DNA of 64,000 bases, taken from contig OY969564.1 in assembly GCA_963701095.1 (NCBI GenBank), positions 800,001 through 864,000 of the forward strand, in the 5' to 3' direction. The stretch's first letter is position 1. The number at the start of each line of letters is the position of its first letter. This document shows, piece after piece, positions 22,301 through 33,364 of this stretch. This DNA is from an uncultured Methanoregulaceae archaeon. GTDB taxonomy: Archaea; Halobacteriota; Methanomicrobia; Methanomicrobiales; Methanospirillaceae. The position numbers and the translations under genes were made by a program. The notes beneath the pieces are model-generated. The model saw only the letters and a program-made list of their open reading frames with translations. It did no database searches and had not been told where the DNA came from.

Positions 22301-25300
22301 TTATTGGATGGTATTAGTGGTTCCTCCATTGATGGTATATTGAACTGATGTTCCATTTGCATATTTGAATTGATAGATATTGGGGAGCAGTTCAATACCG
22401 TTTGAGAATGTTCTCCAGCCATTCGCATAATATTGAGTAACATTTCCTGAGCTTGAAATCACTTGGCCTGTCTGGAAATTAACAATTAAATTGACGGAGG
22501 TATTTTGAATCAGCGTGTTTGTCCCACCTGCATAGGTCATTTGAAATGAATACGCTCCAGGTAGCATATTAAACATTGTCGAACCTGTTGAATCAGTTGT
22601 TCCAAACGGTTTCCATCCGTTGGCGTAATATGTTACAATTCCAGAGGATAGCGGGTTTCCGGCGCTATTCACCAATTTTACAGTTGCATTAGGAGCTTGG
22701 AATATTACTAACGAATTTTGACTGATATTCTGGGGAATATTGTTTGAGGTTCCAACGTAAACCATCTGGAATGTATACGATACAGGAAGAAGCTCAAGCG
22801 AGCAAGAGCCTCCGTTTGTTGATCCAAACGTCTTCCAACCGTTTGCGTAATACTGGACCGAACCGGCATTTGCAGCAGTAATAAGATTTCCATTACCGTC
22901 AATCAACTCTGTGGTGACATTAGTCGTCTGGAAGGTGACAGTGGGACTTACGCTTACGTTCTGAAGGAGGTTTTGCGCCCCTCCTGCATAGTCCATCTGG
23001 AACGTGTACGATAGAGGAAGGAGTTCTAGTGAACATATTCCGGCATTTGTGGATCCGAATGTCTTCCAGCCATTTGCGTAATATTGGACAGAACCGGCGC
23101 CTGGACCGGTTATGAGGTTGTTCTTACTGTCGAGTAATTTTACGGTCACATTTGTCGTCTGGAATGTTACAACAGATGATGAAATTACTGTTTGGAGCAG
23201 ATTTTGGGTTCCTCCACCATAATTCATTTGGAATGTATAGGTTCCCGGTGCAATATTCGATGTTGCAAGACCGTTTGCATTTGTCGTTCCAAAAGATTTC
23301 CAACCATTTGAGTAGTAATTGACTGTCGCACCAGAGATGCCTTGTCCCAGGCTATTCTTAAGAGCAACTGTAACACCTTGGGAGGTTTGGGGTGCATTCA
23401 CTTGAATATAATTAATGATGGTATCGGTATTGCTCCCACCTGCATTTGTAACCGTCAAACTCACAGTATAGTTACCAGCTGTACCAAAGGTGTGAGTGAC
23501 ATTCTGGAGGGAAGAATATGTACCGTCTCCGAAACTCCAGCTCCACGAAGTCGGTGAGTTCAGTGAGGTATCATTGAACTGTACAGTTAACGGAGCCGTT
23601 CCTGAAGTTGCATTTGATACAAACGAAGCAACCGGGGCGACGACGGGTGCTGAGACATTGATGTATTGAGTGACGGAGGTCATTCCTGCGTCATTTCCTG
23701 CAGTCAGAGTAACCGTGTAATTACCAACATTGCTATACGTATAGGTTGGATTTTGGAGAACTGATGAGTTCCCATCACCAATATTCCAAATCCAATAAGT
23801 GGGAGAATTCGTAGAGATGTCGGAAAATTGAACAGTCAATGGGGCCGCTCCCGTTGTCACATTAGAAGTGAAATTAGCATCGGGCGGATAAAACCCATCA
23901 ACGATAATATAATTATACTGTGTTCTTGTATCACTCCCAAGACCATTGCTTGCCGTTAATGAGACGGTATAATTTCCTGGATTTTGATAAGTATGTACCG
24001 GATTTTCCAAATTTGATTCCTGACCGTCCCCGAAATCCCATGACCATTGCGTTGAATTGCGAATGGATTCATCAGTAAATGTAACGGTCAACGGGCCAAA
24101 TCCTGAGGTAACATCTGAAGTAAATTGGGCACTTGGAGGGGCTGAAACGTTTAATTCCGTTGCATATTGGTTATTTAACTCTTGATCTTGTTGTTGAGAG
24201 AGATTGATGAGATTTGGAATTGTCTCATTATAATTAACAATTAATGATGTTGGTGCCATTAAAGTAAGATTCTTAATTGAATTTATCTCATGATCATTAT
24301 ATCCCATCTCCTTCAAGATCTGGATGTAATCCGATGGTAGACCGTTCTGACCGATTGCATTCTCTGCAGATATAATATCAGATTCAGTGGGCTGATACCC
24401 GATAGCTTGTAAATAATTTAATGCGGGACCTGACAAGACATTTTCTGTTTGATCATCATTCACCATTTTACTAGTATAATTGTAACATTCTATCTGTAAT
24501 TTTGCAGCCCAAATTGTATCATTAGCATCTAAAGCGCCTTCGTATTTGGCATATGCCTCTGCATAAGCCGAAGTGTCTGCTGCTGAAACGAGACTCTGTT
24601 GGGCAAATTTCTTTAATGGAGTATTCGGTGACTGATCAAGTTGTGGGATATCTATTGGTGTATCATTGATAGGCAAGGTGTAATTTGGATCCGGATCTGA
24701 GGCTGCCACATTATACTCTTCGCTTGTTTTAAATTCTGCAGCAGCCATTGTATACAGATCGGGATTATAAGTAGTAGTGGATATAGACTGTATAGATCCA
24801 CCTTCTTCTCCTTCATTCCCTCCGAACTCTATTACCAAAGTTGCGGTGGCTTGTAAAGACCAAATATCGCTAACTATTGAATGATAAAAACCTTGGGCAA
24901 GATCTATATCTTTTTCAAATGGTACAATTATTGGTACTATTATCGAAGTGCCTTGAGAAATATCGGGGGAGTTAAATTCATATTCATAATCAACCCCGTT
25001 ATCGGCAGCAATTAGGTTGCCGGCTTGAAGACCTGTCGATAAAATACTTAATAGTCTATCTACTTTATCTATTGCTTGCTGGAAAGGAGTACCTTCGTTT
25101 ATTGTTAGAGCATTCCCTACAGCATTTGCCATATCTGCGTCATTCGCAACATTATCAACGATCTCCTGCCCATTTTCATAATAGGTGTTACTTTCGAGCC
25201 ATAACCAATTCCAATCGTGTTGATAGTCCCCGCAAACAGGTCCTGTCAAATGGCGATGTTACCGTTACTGGGTGAGTTTCGTTATGTGTAGGTTGTATAG

Positions 25301-25859
25301 GACTGTGAGCAGTTATCCAATATGGCAATTCGGTTATGGTAATAGTGGTTGGGATAGAATAAGGCATCCCGTACGGATCGTGTAACTGTGCACATACTTG
25401 ATACGGCTGGTTCTTGTATAAAATAGGATTAATTACTGGGGAACAAATGCCATAAAGATTACATTGCCCAGCTTGCGAGTATACTTCATCGAAGGTGAGA
25501 GTCCCTATCCATGTAAGCTCGGCATTAATGGTATACGGGCCACTACTTTCAACATCAACCGTTGTTGACCAATCTTGGTATCCATAAAGCTTCACTGTAA
25601 TAGTATGAGTGCCATATTGTAAGAAATAGGCACCCGGAGTCACACCAGCAATCCCTGAACCATCCACAAAAAATTCAGCTCCAGCAGGAGTGGATGATAT
25701 ATCAACTTCTCCAGTGGGCGGTGGCGGGGTAGGAGTAGGGCCTCCAGATGGGGGGAGTGTAGCAGGTACCATCGGCATCATGCCTGCCGCCGATACAAAA
25801 TTGCTCATCATTACAACCATAAAAATTGCAAAAAATGAAATTATAAGTAGTCTTTTCAT
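22301..25859 (-). CDS. Secreted surface protein: signal peptide, PEGA, three PKD domains and YY(A/S)NGW repeats; frameshift near 25200-25250
   Basis: MKRLLIISFF signal; ISSTPAGAEFFVDG (PEGA); WSWDFGDG PKD repeats; five YY(A/S)NGW(K/R)xF repeats. Confidence 0.75.
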
Positions 25860-26012
25860 AAAATCAATATATTCATTAAAAAAATATACTATTTAACTTT
25901 TATCATTTAAATCTCTCATAATTTTGTCGATCATAAAATGAAAGAAAATGCTTCTTATACTGTAAAAACTTATTATAAATTTTAACAAAAAGTTTGTATA
26001 TCGTTATTTAAT

Positions 26013-26870
26013 CTATTTAATGCCATTCAATGCTACGAATATGAGTCCACTGATAAAAGTAATAATACCTAAGGAGATAATGAGGTAAATCGGTTTTGCT
26101 TTTTTTGCTATGTTCATGAGGAAATCTATCGCTAAATAACTGACGACAGTTGCGATAATTATTGTTATAACAATGCCAAGAATACCGGGACCAGCAATTG
26201 ATGCCATTAAATTAGCCGAATCAATACTAATCAACTCGCCTAAACTGGTGACGACTACGCATGCCAAAATAATTAGCGGCAAAAAAGAAAGGCGAAATGC
26301 TTCTTTTCCTTTGACATTTAATAATACAAGTGCGATTGTTGTTACCCCGGGAAGGCTTATCCCGGGAAGAAGGCAAAGATCTTGTATTATGCCAATAAGT
26401 ACGTATTCTCCGAATTTTATATCTAATAGCTGTCGCCTGAAATTATCATCTGTATATTTCGATTTAGAATACCAAATTACAAACGTATAAATAAAGAGGA
26501 TTATTCCAAGAAATGTTATGGGTAATCCGTCATTATACCACGAAAGTTGTCTAAGAACAAGCAATGGAAGAAAAAATACGAGACTAACAATACCTGTAAC
26601 AAGTATATATTTGAATAATCCCCACTCATCAGAGGTTCCCTTCCCAAGAAGTGCTTTAATGAGCGATATTATATCTTTCCTGAAATAAACAAGACCTGAT
26701 AAAGCAGTGCTGATATTTAGAATTAATACAAAATCAGATGCCTGAAGATTATTCAAGCCAAGAAGGTGTTGTGATAAAATGAATGCCTGACCACCAACTG
26801 GTAACCAAACGGTTACTGCCTGAATTACCCCAATAACTATTGAAAAGAAAATTTGTACAAGATTTAACAT
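26013..26870 (-). CDS. UppP/BacA-family membrane protein with degenerate catalytic motifs
   Basis: IGVIQAVTVWLPV, LVYFRKDI, IGIIQDLCLLPGIS, EAFRLSFL. Confidence 0.75.
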   Translation of the reverse strand: MLNLVQIFFSIVIGVIQAVTVWLPVGGQAFILSQHLLGLNNLQASDFVLILNISTALSGLVYFRKDIISLIKALLGKGTSDEWGLFKYILVTGIVSLVFFLPLLVLRQLSWYNDGLPITFLGIILFIYTFVIWYSKSKYTDDNFRRQLLDIKFGEYVLIGIIQDLCLLPGISLPGVTTIALVLLNVKGKEAFRLSFLPLIILACVVVTSLGELISIDSANLMASIAGPGILGIVITIIIATVVSYLAIDFLMNIAKKAKPIYLIISLGIITFISGLIFVALNGIK

Positions 26871-27196
26871 AATATCAAAATATTGTATGACAAATTTTAT
26901 ATAATTTATTGTTATATTTGGGTCTACGAAAATTCTGCATCGCGTTGAAACTTTGCTCCTCCTGAAGACTTTTCAGAACCACAAAAAATAGCGATAATAA
27001 TTCCAATTATCCATAAACCGGTTTGATTATTCGATATATTAGATAAAGTTCCATTGATATCCATTGATAGAATAGCCTCACGGTATGATGCAATATAATT
27101 ACCGTTATTAAATAGCACACTTCATTTTCTATTGAATTAATCGGATAACTCCGAACTGAGGTGCCAATTTTCCCAAATTCAATCAATCCAACCGCT

Positions 27197-27280
27197 TTTT
27201 CCCCAATCCATCCCTTTTCCTCCCGTTTTTGCCGAATTCATACCCAGATATAACCCCATACAACCCCAATATATTCAATG
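27197..27280 (+). promoter_or_regulatory. Conserved virion-gene promoter module, copy 2
   Basis: GCCGAATTCATACCCAGATATAACCCCA (27231) ... ATATTCA-ATG (27278). Confidence 0.8.
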
Positions 27281-27894
27281 CCCGATGCGCCGATAGCCTC
27301 CAAACCAACCGTCGTCAACATCCTCATGCCGGATGGTACAATAAAGCCCTGGAACCGGGCAACCGAACCCAAACCTGACAGTATAGGCAACCAGAGCCGG
27401 AACGGGTTCCTGTTCAACTGTTATTTTCATCCGCTCGGCCGGTTTTTCCAGAATACCATCAAAGCCGGGATCCTCTCGGTTATCCGGCGCATCCATGACA
27501 AGGAAATCCCCCGGTACGACCGGCAGGCATACGTCTACGAAGATAAACGGCTCCAGGTCTTAGACAAAATCATTACGGACGCAATCGAACGCACCATCCA
27601 GGACGCAGACAAAGACCGCAAACAGGAGATCCTCAACCAGTGCAAGGATATCTGCCTGTTCATGCTCAAGGAAGACGCCTTCTACCGGCCCCGGGTATCG
27701 AAGCAACCGTCCGGGCAGCAGAACAGATCCTGGAGAACAAAAATCTGCTCCTTTCCCTGACCGATTACGAAGCCTACAACATGACCCGGTTCGCGGACGG
27801 CACCAACCATGCCGGTGACTTTTCCGATCTTCCCGAAGATGAACGCTCGAAGCTCCCCAAACACTGGACGGACGGGAGCGTGTACGGCAGATGA
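27278..27894 (+). CDS. Hypothetical viral protein; frameshift near 27710
   Basis: ORFs 27278-27760 and 27640-27894 join; ATGA overlap with next gene. Confidence 0.55.
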
Positions 27895-28376
27895 CGACCG
27901 TCTTTGACACCTCCGGCAATATCATGCAGGAAGTTACGGATATCAGCAACTACACGGTCCCCGGCACCATCTCCATTCCAACATTCCTGCGGTTCCTGGC
28001 CAAAGCCGAAGAACAGGTCACCCTCGATGACCCCGGGTTCCAGCTCGCACAATGCACCGAAGCCGTGGCTCTCTACATCTGCCACCAGATTTACCGGAAG
28101 ACCGGGAAAAGCGGCGTAACCTCGGAACGGTTGGGAAGTTACAGTTTTTCCCGGGGTAAAGGGGTGCAGCTCACTCCCTGGCTGGACGATTACTACGATC
28201 TCATCGAACGGGTCCGGGCACCGGTGATCTCGCTCAGTACGCTCGATACCAACGGTGTCCGGCGCGACGATGCAACCATGAACCTGCTCCGGCCCGACCA
28301 GGCATGGGTTGTGGGAAGCGACGAGCAAACAAACCCGCCGACCGGAGGCATGGGCGATCTCATGGGGTACCGGTGA
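27891..28376 (+). CDS. Head-tail connector/adaptor
   Basis: EAVALYICH..GVTSERLGSYSFSR typical of gp6/gp15-type adaptors. Confidence 0.65.
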   Translation: MTTVFDTSGNIMQEVTDISNYTVPGTISIPTFLRFLAKAEEQVTLDDPGFQLAQCTEAVALYICHQIYRKTGKSGVTSERLGSYSFSRGKGVQLTPWLDDYYDLIERVRAPVISLSTLDTNGVRRDDATMNLLRPDQAWVVGSDEQTNPPTGGMGDLMGYR

Positions 28377-28630
28377 TGGCTGACGCCACAAAACCACAAA
28401 CCGACCGCGAATGGCTGGTCCAGATTGACGGCAAGGTGGACTCTATCCTTTCCCGGCTGGAAAAAGGGGATTCCTGTATGAAAGATTACAGTGACCGGCT
28501 CGATGCCCTGGAGAAGTTCCAGGCGAAGCTCATCGGCATTGCCATAAGTGTGTCTTTACTCGCATCGTTCTGCGGGTACTGGATACTCTGCAAGTTAAGC
28601 GAACTGGGTATCGGCGGCGGTGGTCGCTGA
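28376..28630 (+). CDS. Small coiled-coil plus TM protein (holin-like)
   Basis: MADATKP..RLDALEKFQAKLIGIAISVSLLASF; start overlaps previous stop. Confidence 0.5.
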   Translation: MADATKPQTDREWLVQIDGKVDSILSRLEKGDSCMKDYSDRLDALEKFQAKLIGIAISVSLLASFCGYWILCKLSELGIGGGGR

Positions 28631-28975
28631 ATGGATATCACCAGTGGCCTGCTTGCCCAGACGGTAACTATCGCACCGTTCCTTTCCCTGAGCCAGAACG
28701 GTGACCGCAGTTTTGGGACACCGGTTACCTATCCCTGCCGGGAAGAAAACGAGATCCGGGTGATCAAGAACAAGCAGGGCGAAGATGCGGTGAATTCAAG
28801 CCAGCTCTATCTTTCGCCAACCTACACCGACGCTTCCGGGAACGTGTGGCCTACAGTGATTGGCTATTATGACCGGATTACGCTCCCCAGCGGTACGCAA
28901 CCGCCGGTAATCCTGAAGATTAACAGTTATACCGACCTTGACGGATCGGTGGCATACATCGAGGTCGATACCTGA
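28631..28975 (+). CDS. Head closure protein
   Basis: QTVTI..GDRSFGTPVTYPCR..NKQGEDAVNSSQLYL; position. Confidence 0.6.
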   Translation: MDITSGLLAQTVTIAPFLSLSQNGDRSFGTPVTYPCREENEIRVIKNKQGEDAVNSSQLYLSPTYTDASGNVWPTVIGYYDRITLPSGTQPPVILKINSYTDLDGSVAYIEVDT

Positions 28976-29399
28976 TGACGGTGACGTTCACCCTTGAAGG
29001 AACTGACGAGGTTGTGGCAAACGTGAATCGAGCCCTGCAGGAAGTCCCGGAACTGGTGTTCGGGGAACTGGTGGGATATGCCGACCAGATACTTCTGGCA
29101 TCCGAACCACAGGTACCATGGAAGACCATGCACCTTGAAGAGACGGGAACGGTTGAACCGGTAGATGACGACCCCAACGCCGTCCAGATTGTGTATGATA
29201 CTCCCTACGCCGCTAAGCAGCACGAGGATTTGACCCTGCACCACCCGAAACCCGGGACCAAAGCGAAATACCTGGAGGATCCCGCGATGGCTATGGTACC
29301 GGAGATTGTACCGGGATTGTGGATAAACTGCAGGATTATTTCGATACTGGGGTTCCGGATGTGACTGCGTTATCTGCATGGGAACACTTGGATGAATAA
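28975..29399 (+). CDS. HK97 gp10-like neck/tail completion protein; probable frameshift near 29320
   Basis: VPWKTMHL, YDTPYAAKQHE, GTKAKYLEDP; alternative frame ends DKLQDYFDTG..EHLDE*. Confidence 0.7.
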
Positions 29400-29540
29400 T
29401 CCCACGACGGTTCAGTTTCTTCGCCGGGACTTTTAAATAGTCAGCATTGATCAGATAATCCCGCTCTGAAGCAAATGTGAAGAAACAGCACTTGAGGACA
29501 TTGTATTGGGACAAAGAAAAGTTGCGCAGATACGTTTTGT

Positions 29541-30290
29541 CTATTTTTGAAGACCAAATATTATATTTGTTATTCGACTAGTTCCTATTCCACAACATCC
29601 AGTGTAAAATGATTCCCCTACTGGAATTTCCAAACCTTCAATAAAAATTCTTCCATGAAGATGAAACCCTACAACTTCGATCCAAGAATTATCAACCAAC
29701 ACCTCAATATCTCTAACCATAAGTTCTTTTGTATCGTTTTCTTCGTTGTTTTTTATAGAAATGCGTGTAGTTAATCCAAGATTTGATAGTGTGTTTTCTA
29801 AATTTTTCATTAATTCGCTCAAAATAAATTTTGCTTCATCAATTGGAGCGAACCATACGCATTCTATCCTTTGAAACTCGAATAGCCTATAATCATTTAC
29901 ATCTTTTTCAACTCTATAAGTCCATCCCGATTTATCAAAAAATTTTATCGTTTTATGGGGCTTCCTATTTTTTAAGAAATAGTAAAATGGTTCACATTGC
30001 CAATGTGATAAAGTATATTTTTTTGGATAATTCCGTGAACTCATTCCTTCTTCGGTGTTAATTATTTCTTTTGACCATTCTTTAGCAAATCGAGGGACAA
30101 CATTTTTTAAGTTACAAAATTGATCAAACATAAGTAATTTGGGAAAGAGACACTCTTCAAACCCAGCTTCAGTTAAAGATTGCGCTAATTTTGATTCAAC
30201 TGCTCTAAATTTTGAAGTATATTCTGGCAAATATAGTCTTTGACCCTGCCACCCAATTTCTTCCCATAACTCTTTCTTTTTATTTTTCAT
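29541..30290 (-). CDS. Stand-alone catalytic domain of methanogen-type seryl-tRNA synthetase (class II aaRS paralogue)
   Basis: EECLFPKL, QCEPFY, FDKSGWTYR, EFQRIECVW, TGCCGIGTSR; only 249 aa, no tRNA-binding domain. Confidence 0.8.
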   Translation of the reverse strand: MKNKKKELWEEIGWQGQRLYLPEYTSKFRAVESKLAQSLTEAGFEECLFPKLLMFDQFCNLKNVVPRFAKEWSKEIINTEEGMSSRNYPKKYTLSHWQCEPFYYFLKNRKPHKTIKFFDKSGWTYRVEKDVNDYRLFEFQRIECVWFAPIDEAKFILSELMKNLENTLSNLGLTTRISIKNNEENDTKELMVRDIEVLVDNSWIEVVGFHLHGRIFIEGLEIPVGESFYTGCCGIGTSRITNIIFGLQK

Positions 30291-30293
30291 ATT

Positions 30294-31271
30294 TTAAACC
30301 TTCCGAATTTTTTCAAAATGTTCTAATAAATATTTAAGCGCCGTTTCTTTAATAACTGGTTTTCCAGAATGATCTTTTACAATGTTTTCATACGAAGAAT
30401 AATCATTATCGCCAATTTTTATTGTTTTATACATTTGAAAAACTATGTAATCAAAAATTAATTTAATGAATTCGTTTGAACATTTATTAATAATATCTGC
30501 AATCACCTCAGGATCTTGATCACTATATATTGAATTTGAGGATTTCCCAGTGGAAAGGGGCAAGGAGTCAGTTCCACATAAAGTGTCAAAGTACAAGATT
30601 AATGGGGCATTATAATCGGGAAGGCCGCCATCAACAACAACCTTCCTCATTAATCCGCCCCAAATTGTTTCAACATCACCTTTTCCTGTCAACAACACTT
30701 GGCTTTTAACAATGTTTCCATAGGAAATTTCACAAAAATTATTTATTAAATCCCTAATCGGATTTTCCCTAACAATCCATTTTTTAATCCATTCTTCGTT
30801 GAAATCACATTTATACGCAATTGATAAGAGTGTGTTTGAAAATTTTTCATAACCTATATATTCCAAAATATTAGATTCTGTTAAAAATTCTGTTTTGGTT
30901 GGTGTCAATCCAGCTTGTATGTACCTTTTAATACAAGTTTCAACTCTCTTATCTATAGTTGGTTTTGGGATATGTTGTTGTTTTTCAATTAATTGGTCAT
31001 AAAATAACACCACACAATTAAATCCCTGATCTATACATTGCTTAATTTTTAGGCAAAATATTGCATGGAGAAGGTTATACTCTTCTGATGGTTGAACATT
31101 CCAAATTAAAATTGGGGCTTCTTTTTTATCATTGATTTTATCCCAAATAATATGTAACTCCGAATCTGCGGAACCAGACGTAGAATAGCGAGATAATTCT
31201 ACCTTTGGTGAAATTATTAAAATTTTATTTTTAAATTCCTGAAATGTTTCAGCTTTTTCAATCATGTTCAT
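30294..31271 (-). CDS. TyrRS/TrpRS-like class I aaRS paralogue with degenerate HIGH/KMSKS motifs
   Basis: IWNVQPSEEYNLLH, CVVLFYD, LLTGKGD, TLCGTD..LSTGKSSNSIYSDQDPEVI align by eye with the archaeal TyrRS core. Confidence 0.6.
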   Translation of the reverse strand: MNMIEKAETFQEFKNKILIISPKVELSRYSTSGSADSELHIIWDKINDKKEAPILIWNVQPSEEYNLLHAIFCLKIKQCIDQGFNCVVLFYDQLIEKQQHIPKPTIDKRVETCIKRYIQAGLTPTKTEFLTESNILEYIGYEKFSNTLLSIAYKCDFNEEWIKKWIVRENPIRDLINNFCEISYGNIVKSQVLLTGKGDVETIWGGLMRKVVVDGGLPDYNAPLILYFDTLCGTDSLPLSTGKSSNSIYSDQDPEVIADIINKCSNEFIKLIFDYIVFQMYKTIKIGDNDYSSYENIVKDHSGKPVIKETALKYLLEHFEKIRKV

Positions 31272-31698
31272 TCGACCCCAGATAATTTTTCAGGAATTGC
31301 TTTATCTCATCAAAGGATTTGAAAATAAAAAATATGATGGTTAAAATAATGCCTATTATTCCAATATAGAAATCAAATATAGGTACTGTAACAAATTCAT
31401 TTTTCCATAAATAATTCAAAATCTCAATAATTAGGACTACTAGTGAAAGAAAAGTTATTATTAAACATAATAATCTGATTTTAATAATCTTTTCTGAAGA
31501 AATATTGTATCGTTTTTCTTTAGATAATATATATCTATTAAAACCATTTCTCGTAACTTTAATATTAGGATTCTTAAACACATCAAATATTTTGCTTGCA
31601 TTTTCGTTTGGAATCTCAATTTTTATTTCCACATCACCAGATAATGTTAATATCAACTGCTCAAGACTACTGATATCATTAATTATTTTTTGTTCCAT
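31258..31698 (-). CDS. Two-TM membrane protein, first gene of the aaRS-like operon
   Basis: Two hydrophobic helices; overlaps downstream gene start. Confidence 0.65.
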   Translation of the reverse strand: MEQKIINDISSLEQLILTLSGDVEIKIEIPNENASKIFDVFKNPNIKVTRNGFNRYILSKEKRYNISSEKIIKIRLLCLIITFLSLVVLIIEILNYLWKNEFVTVPIFDFYIGIIGIILTIIFFIFKSFDEIKQFLKNYLGSNEHD

Positions 31699-31892
31699 AG
31701 GTCATGATTGATAATGTTACTAACGATATCTCCACTTACATGATATAATTTTTGAATCAATCAATCGTATTGTGTTAAGGGGAATTTAGACGTCCCTTTG
31801 ATGCGGAGTAATGTTGACCAAACACAATAAAATAATCTTTTGAGAATATTAGACTTAAAAAGAGGGTTGTAAAATTCTTTTAAAAAGTCTTC

Positions 31893-31974
31893 TTTTCCAA
31901 AATCCCCCATTTTCCTCCCGATTTTGCCGAATTCATATTCAGATATAACCCGTAAAACACCACTATATTCAATG
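31893..31974 (+). promoter_or_regulatory. Conserved virion-gene promoter module, copy 3
   Basis: GCCGAATTCATATTCAGATATAA (31926) ... ATATTCA-ATG (31972). Confidence 0.8.
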
Positions 31975-32021
31975 GCCTATTTTCAGCTCGCATTGGTCAA
32001 TAACCAAAGAGGCCGGTTTTC

Positions 32022-32416
32022 ATGACCGCTGAGACTGATATCGCCACCTATCTCGCAGCCCAGGGATTTGGTACCCTCGGTTCTAATATTTTCGTCAACG
32101 ACCGGCCTGCCTCACCGGATGCCCTTATTGCAGTCTTCGGGTATACTGGCCAGGCCCCGGAACGTACCCACGATACTTCAGGTAATTCCAAGCCCGGAAT
32201 CCAGGTCTGGGTACGGGGAGCGGTAGATGGTGCCGGGCAGCCCGGGCACAGATCGAAAGCATCTTTGCCGCACTCGACGGCATGACGAACACTACCATCA
32301 ACGGGACGTTTTACGTTGGCATCAACGGCATCCAGTCCGGGGCAACCCCGATGGGCAAAGACGAGGTCAACCGTCCCGAATACGTGTGGAACTTTACCTG
32401 TACCGTGAGGCGGTAA
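32022..32416 (+). CDS. Tail terminator/minor capsid-family protein; frameshift near 32240
   Basis: DIATYLAAQGFG, PGIQVWVRG, second frame PMGKDEVNRPEYVWNF. Confidence 0.7.
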
Positions 32417-32515
32417 ATGCAGGCCCGGAAAGCACCACACGAGAAAACGCCGCAGCCGGCAAAAAAGCCGCATTTTACGACGCACAAACCCCGTAAACGG
32501 AGAACCTGAAAAACC

Positions 32516-32926
32516 ATGTCATCTTTAGCCCAGAGAGGACAGGGCACGACCCTGTCAAAGACCGGTAGTCCCTACCACATCGCCGAAATCACCAAGATAG
32601 GAGCTTTTGGCGCGAAACGTACGATGGTCGACGTAACCAGCCACGACACCGCCGGGAATGCCGACGACTGGATCTCCGGCCAGCTCCAGGGCGGCGACCT
32701 CAAGATCACCGCGAACATGATCCACACCGACACCAGCGGCCAGGTGCAGGCTGTGACCGACATGCTTGCCGGGAACAAGACCTCGTACACTATCACGCTG
32801 CCAACCGGGTCGACCTGGGTGGCGACCATGACCTGCCAGGAATACCAGGTCACCACTGATCTCAAGAACGCGATCACCATCGACCTGTCGTTCAAAGTCA
32901 GCGGTGTACCCGTCTGGACGCCCTGA
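32516..32926 (+). CDS. Major tail tube protein
   Basis: IAEITKIG..VDVTSHD..WISGQLQGG..SFKVSGVP siphoviral tube pattern. Confidence 0.85.
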   Translation: MSSLAQRGQGTTLSKTGSPYHIAEITKIGAFGAKRTMVDVTSHDTAGNADDWISGQLQGGDLKITANMIHTDTSGQVQAVTDMLAGNKTSYTITLPTGSTWVATMTCQEYQVTTDLKNAITIDLSFKVSGVPVWTP

Positions 32927-32934
32927 GGTAAACC

Positions 32935-33364
32935 ATGACCGTCCCTTCCGTAAAAGTGAGCCTTGACAAAGAATACGAACTACGGTTCGAGCAGGACGAT
33001 GTCATTGCCTGCGAAGACGAGATGAAGATGGGCTATGTCTTCTTTTTCCGGGTCGAGCGGCTGAACGGTATCCTTGTTCCGACTGTACCTCAGCCTGAGG
33101 CTGCTCCGGACACTCATTCATCACGGCCTGAAAAGCCGGAACGACCGCGGCGATTTCGTGTATGCTCTGCCGCAATCCAGCGAAGGAAAGAAAATGGCCG
33201 GAGATCTCATCCAGCAGTTCAAGCAGGCCGGCGGCCATGATATCGATCTCTGGGAGAAATGCCGGCAGGCATTCGCAGACTGGTTTGCCACACCGAAGGA
33301 GGGGGAGGTTTCCCAACCGGAACCCACAGGAGAGGAATCAAAAAATGTGCCCGGCGCTGGATAA
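32935..33364 (+). CDS. Tail assembly chaperone (gpG-like); indel near 33075
   Basis: Position after tube gene; LDKEYELRF; ends at slippery A AAA AAT. Confidence 0.65.
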
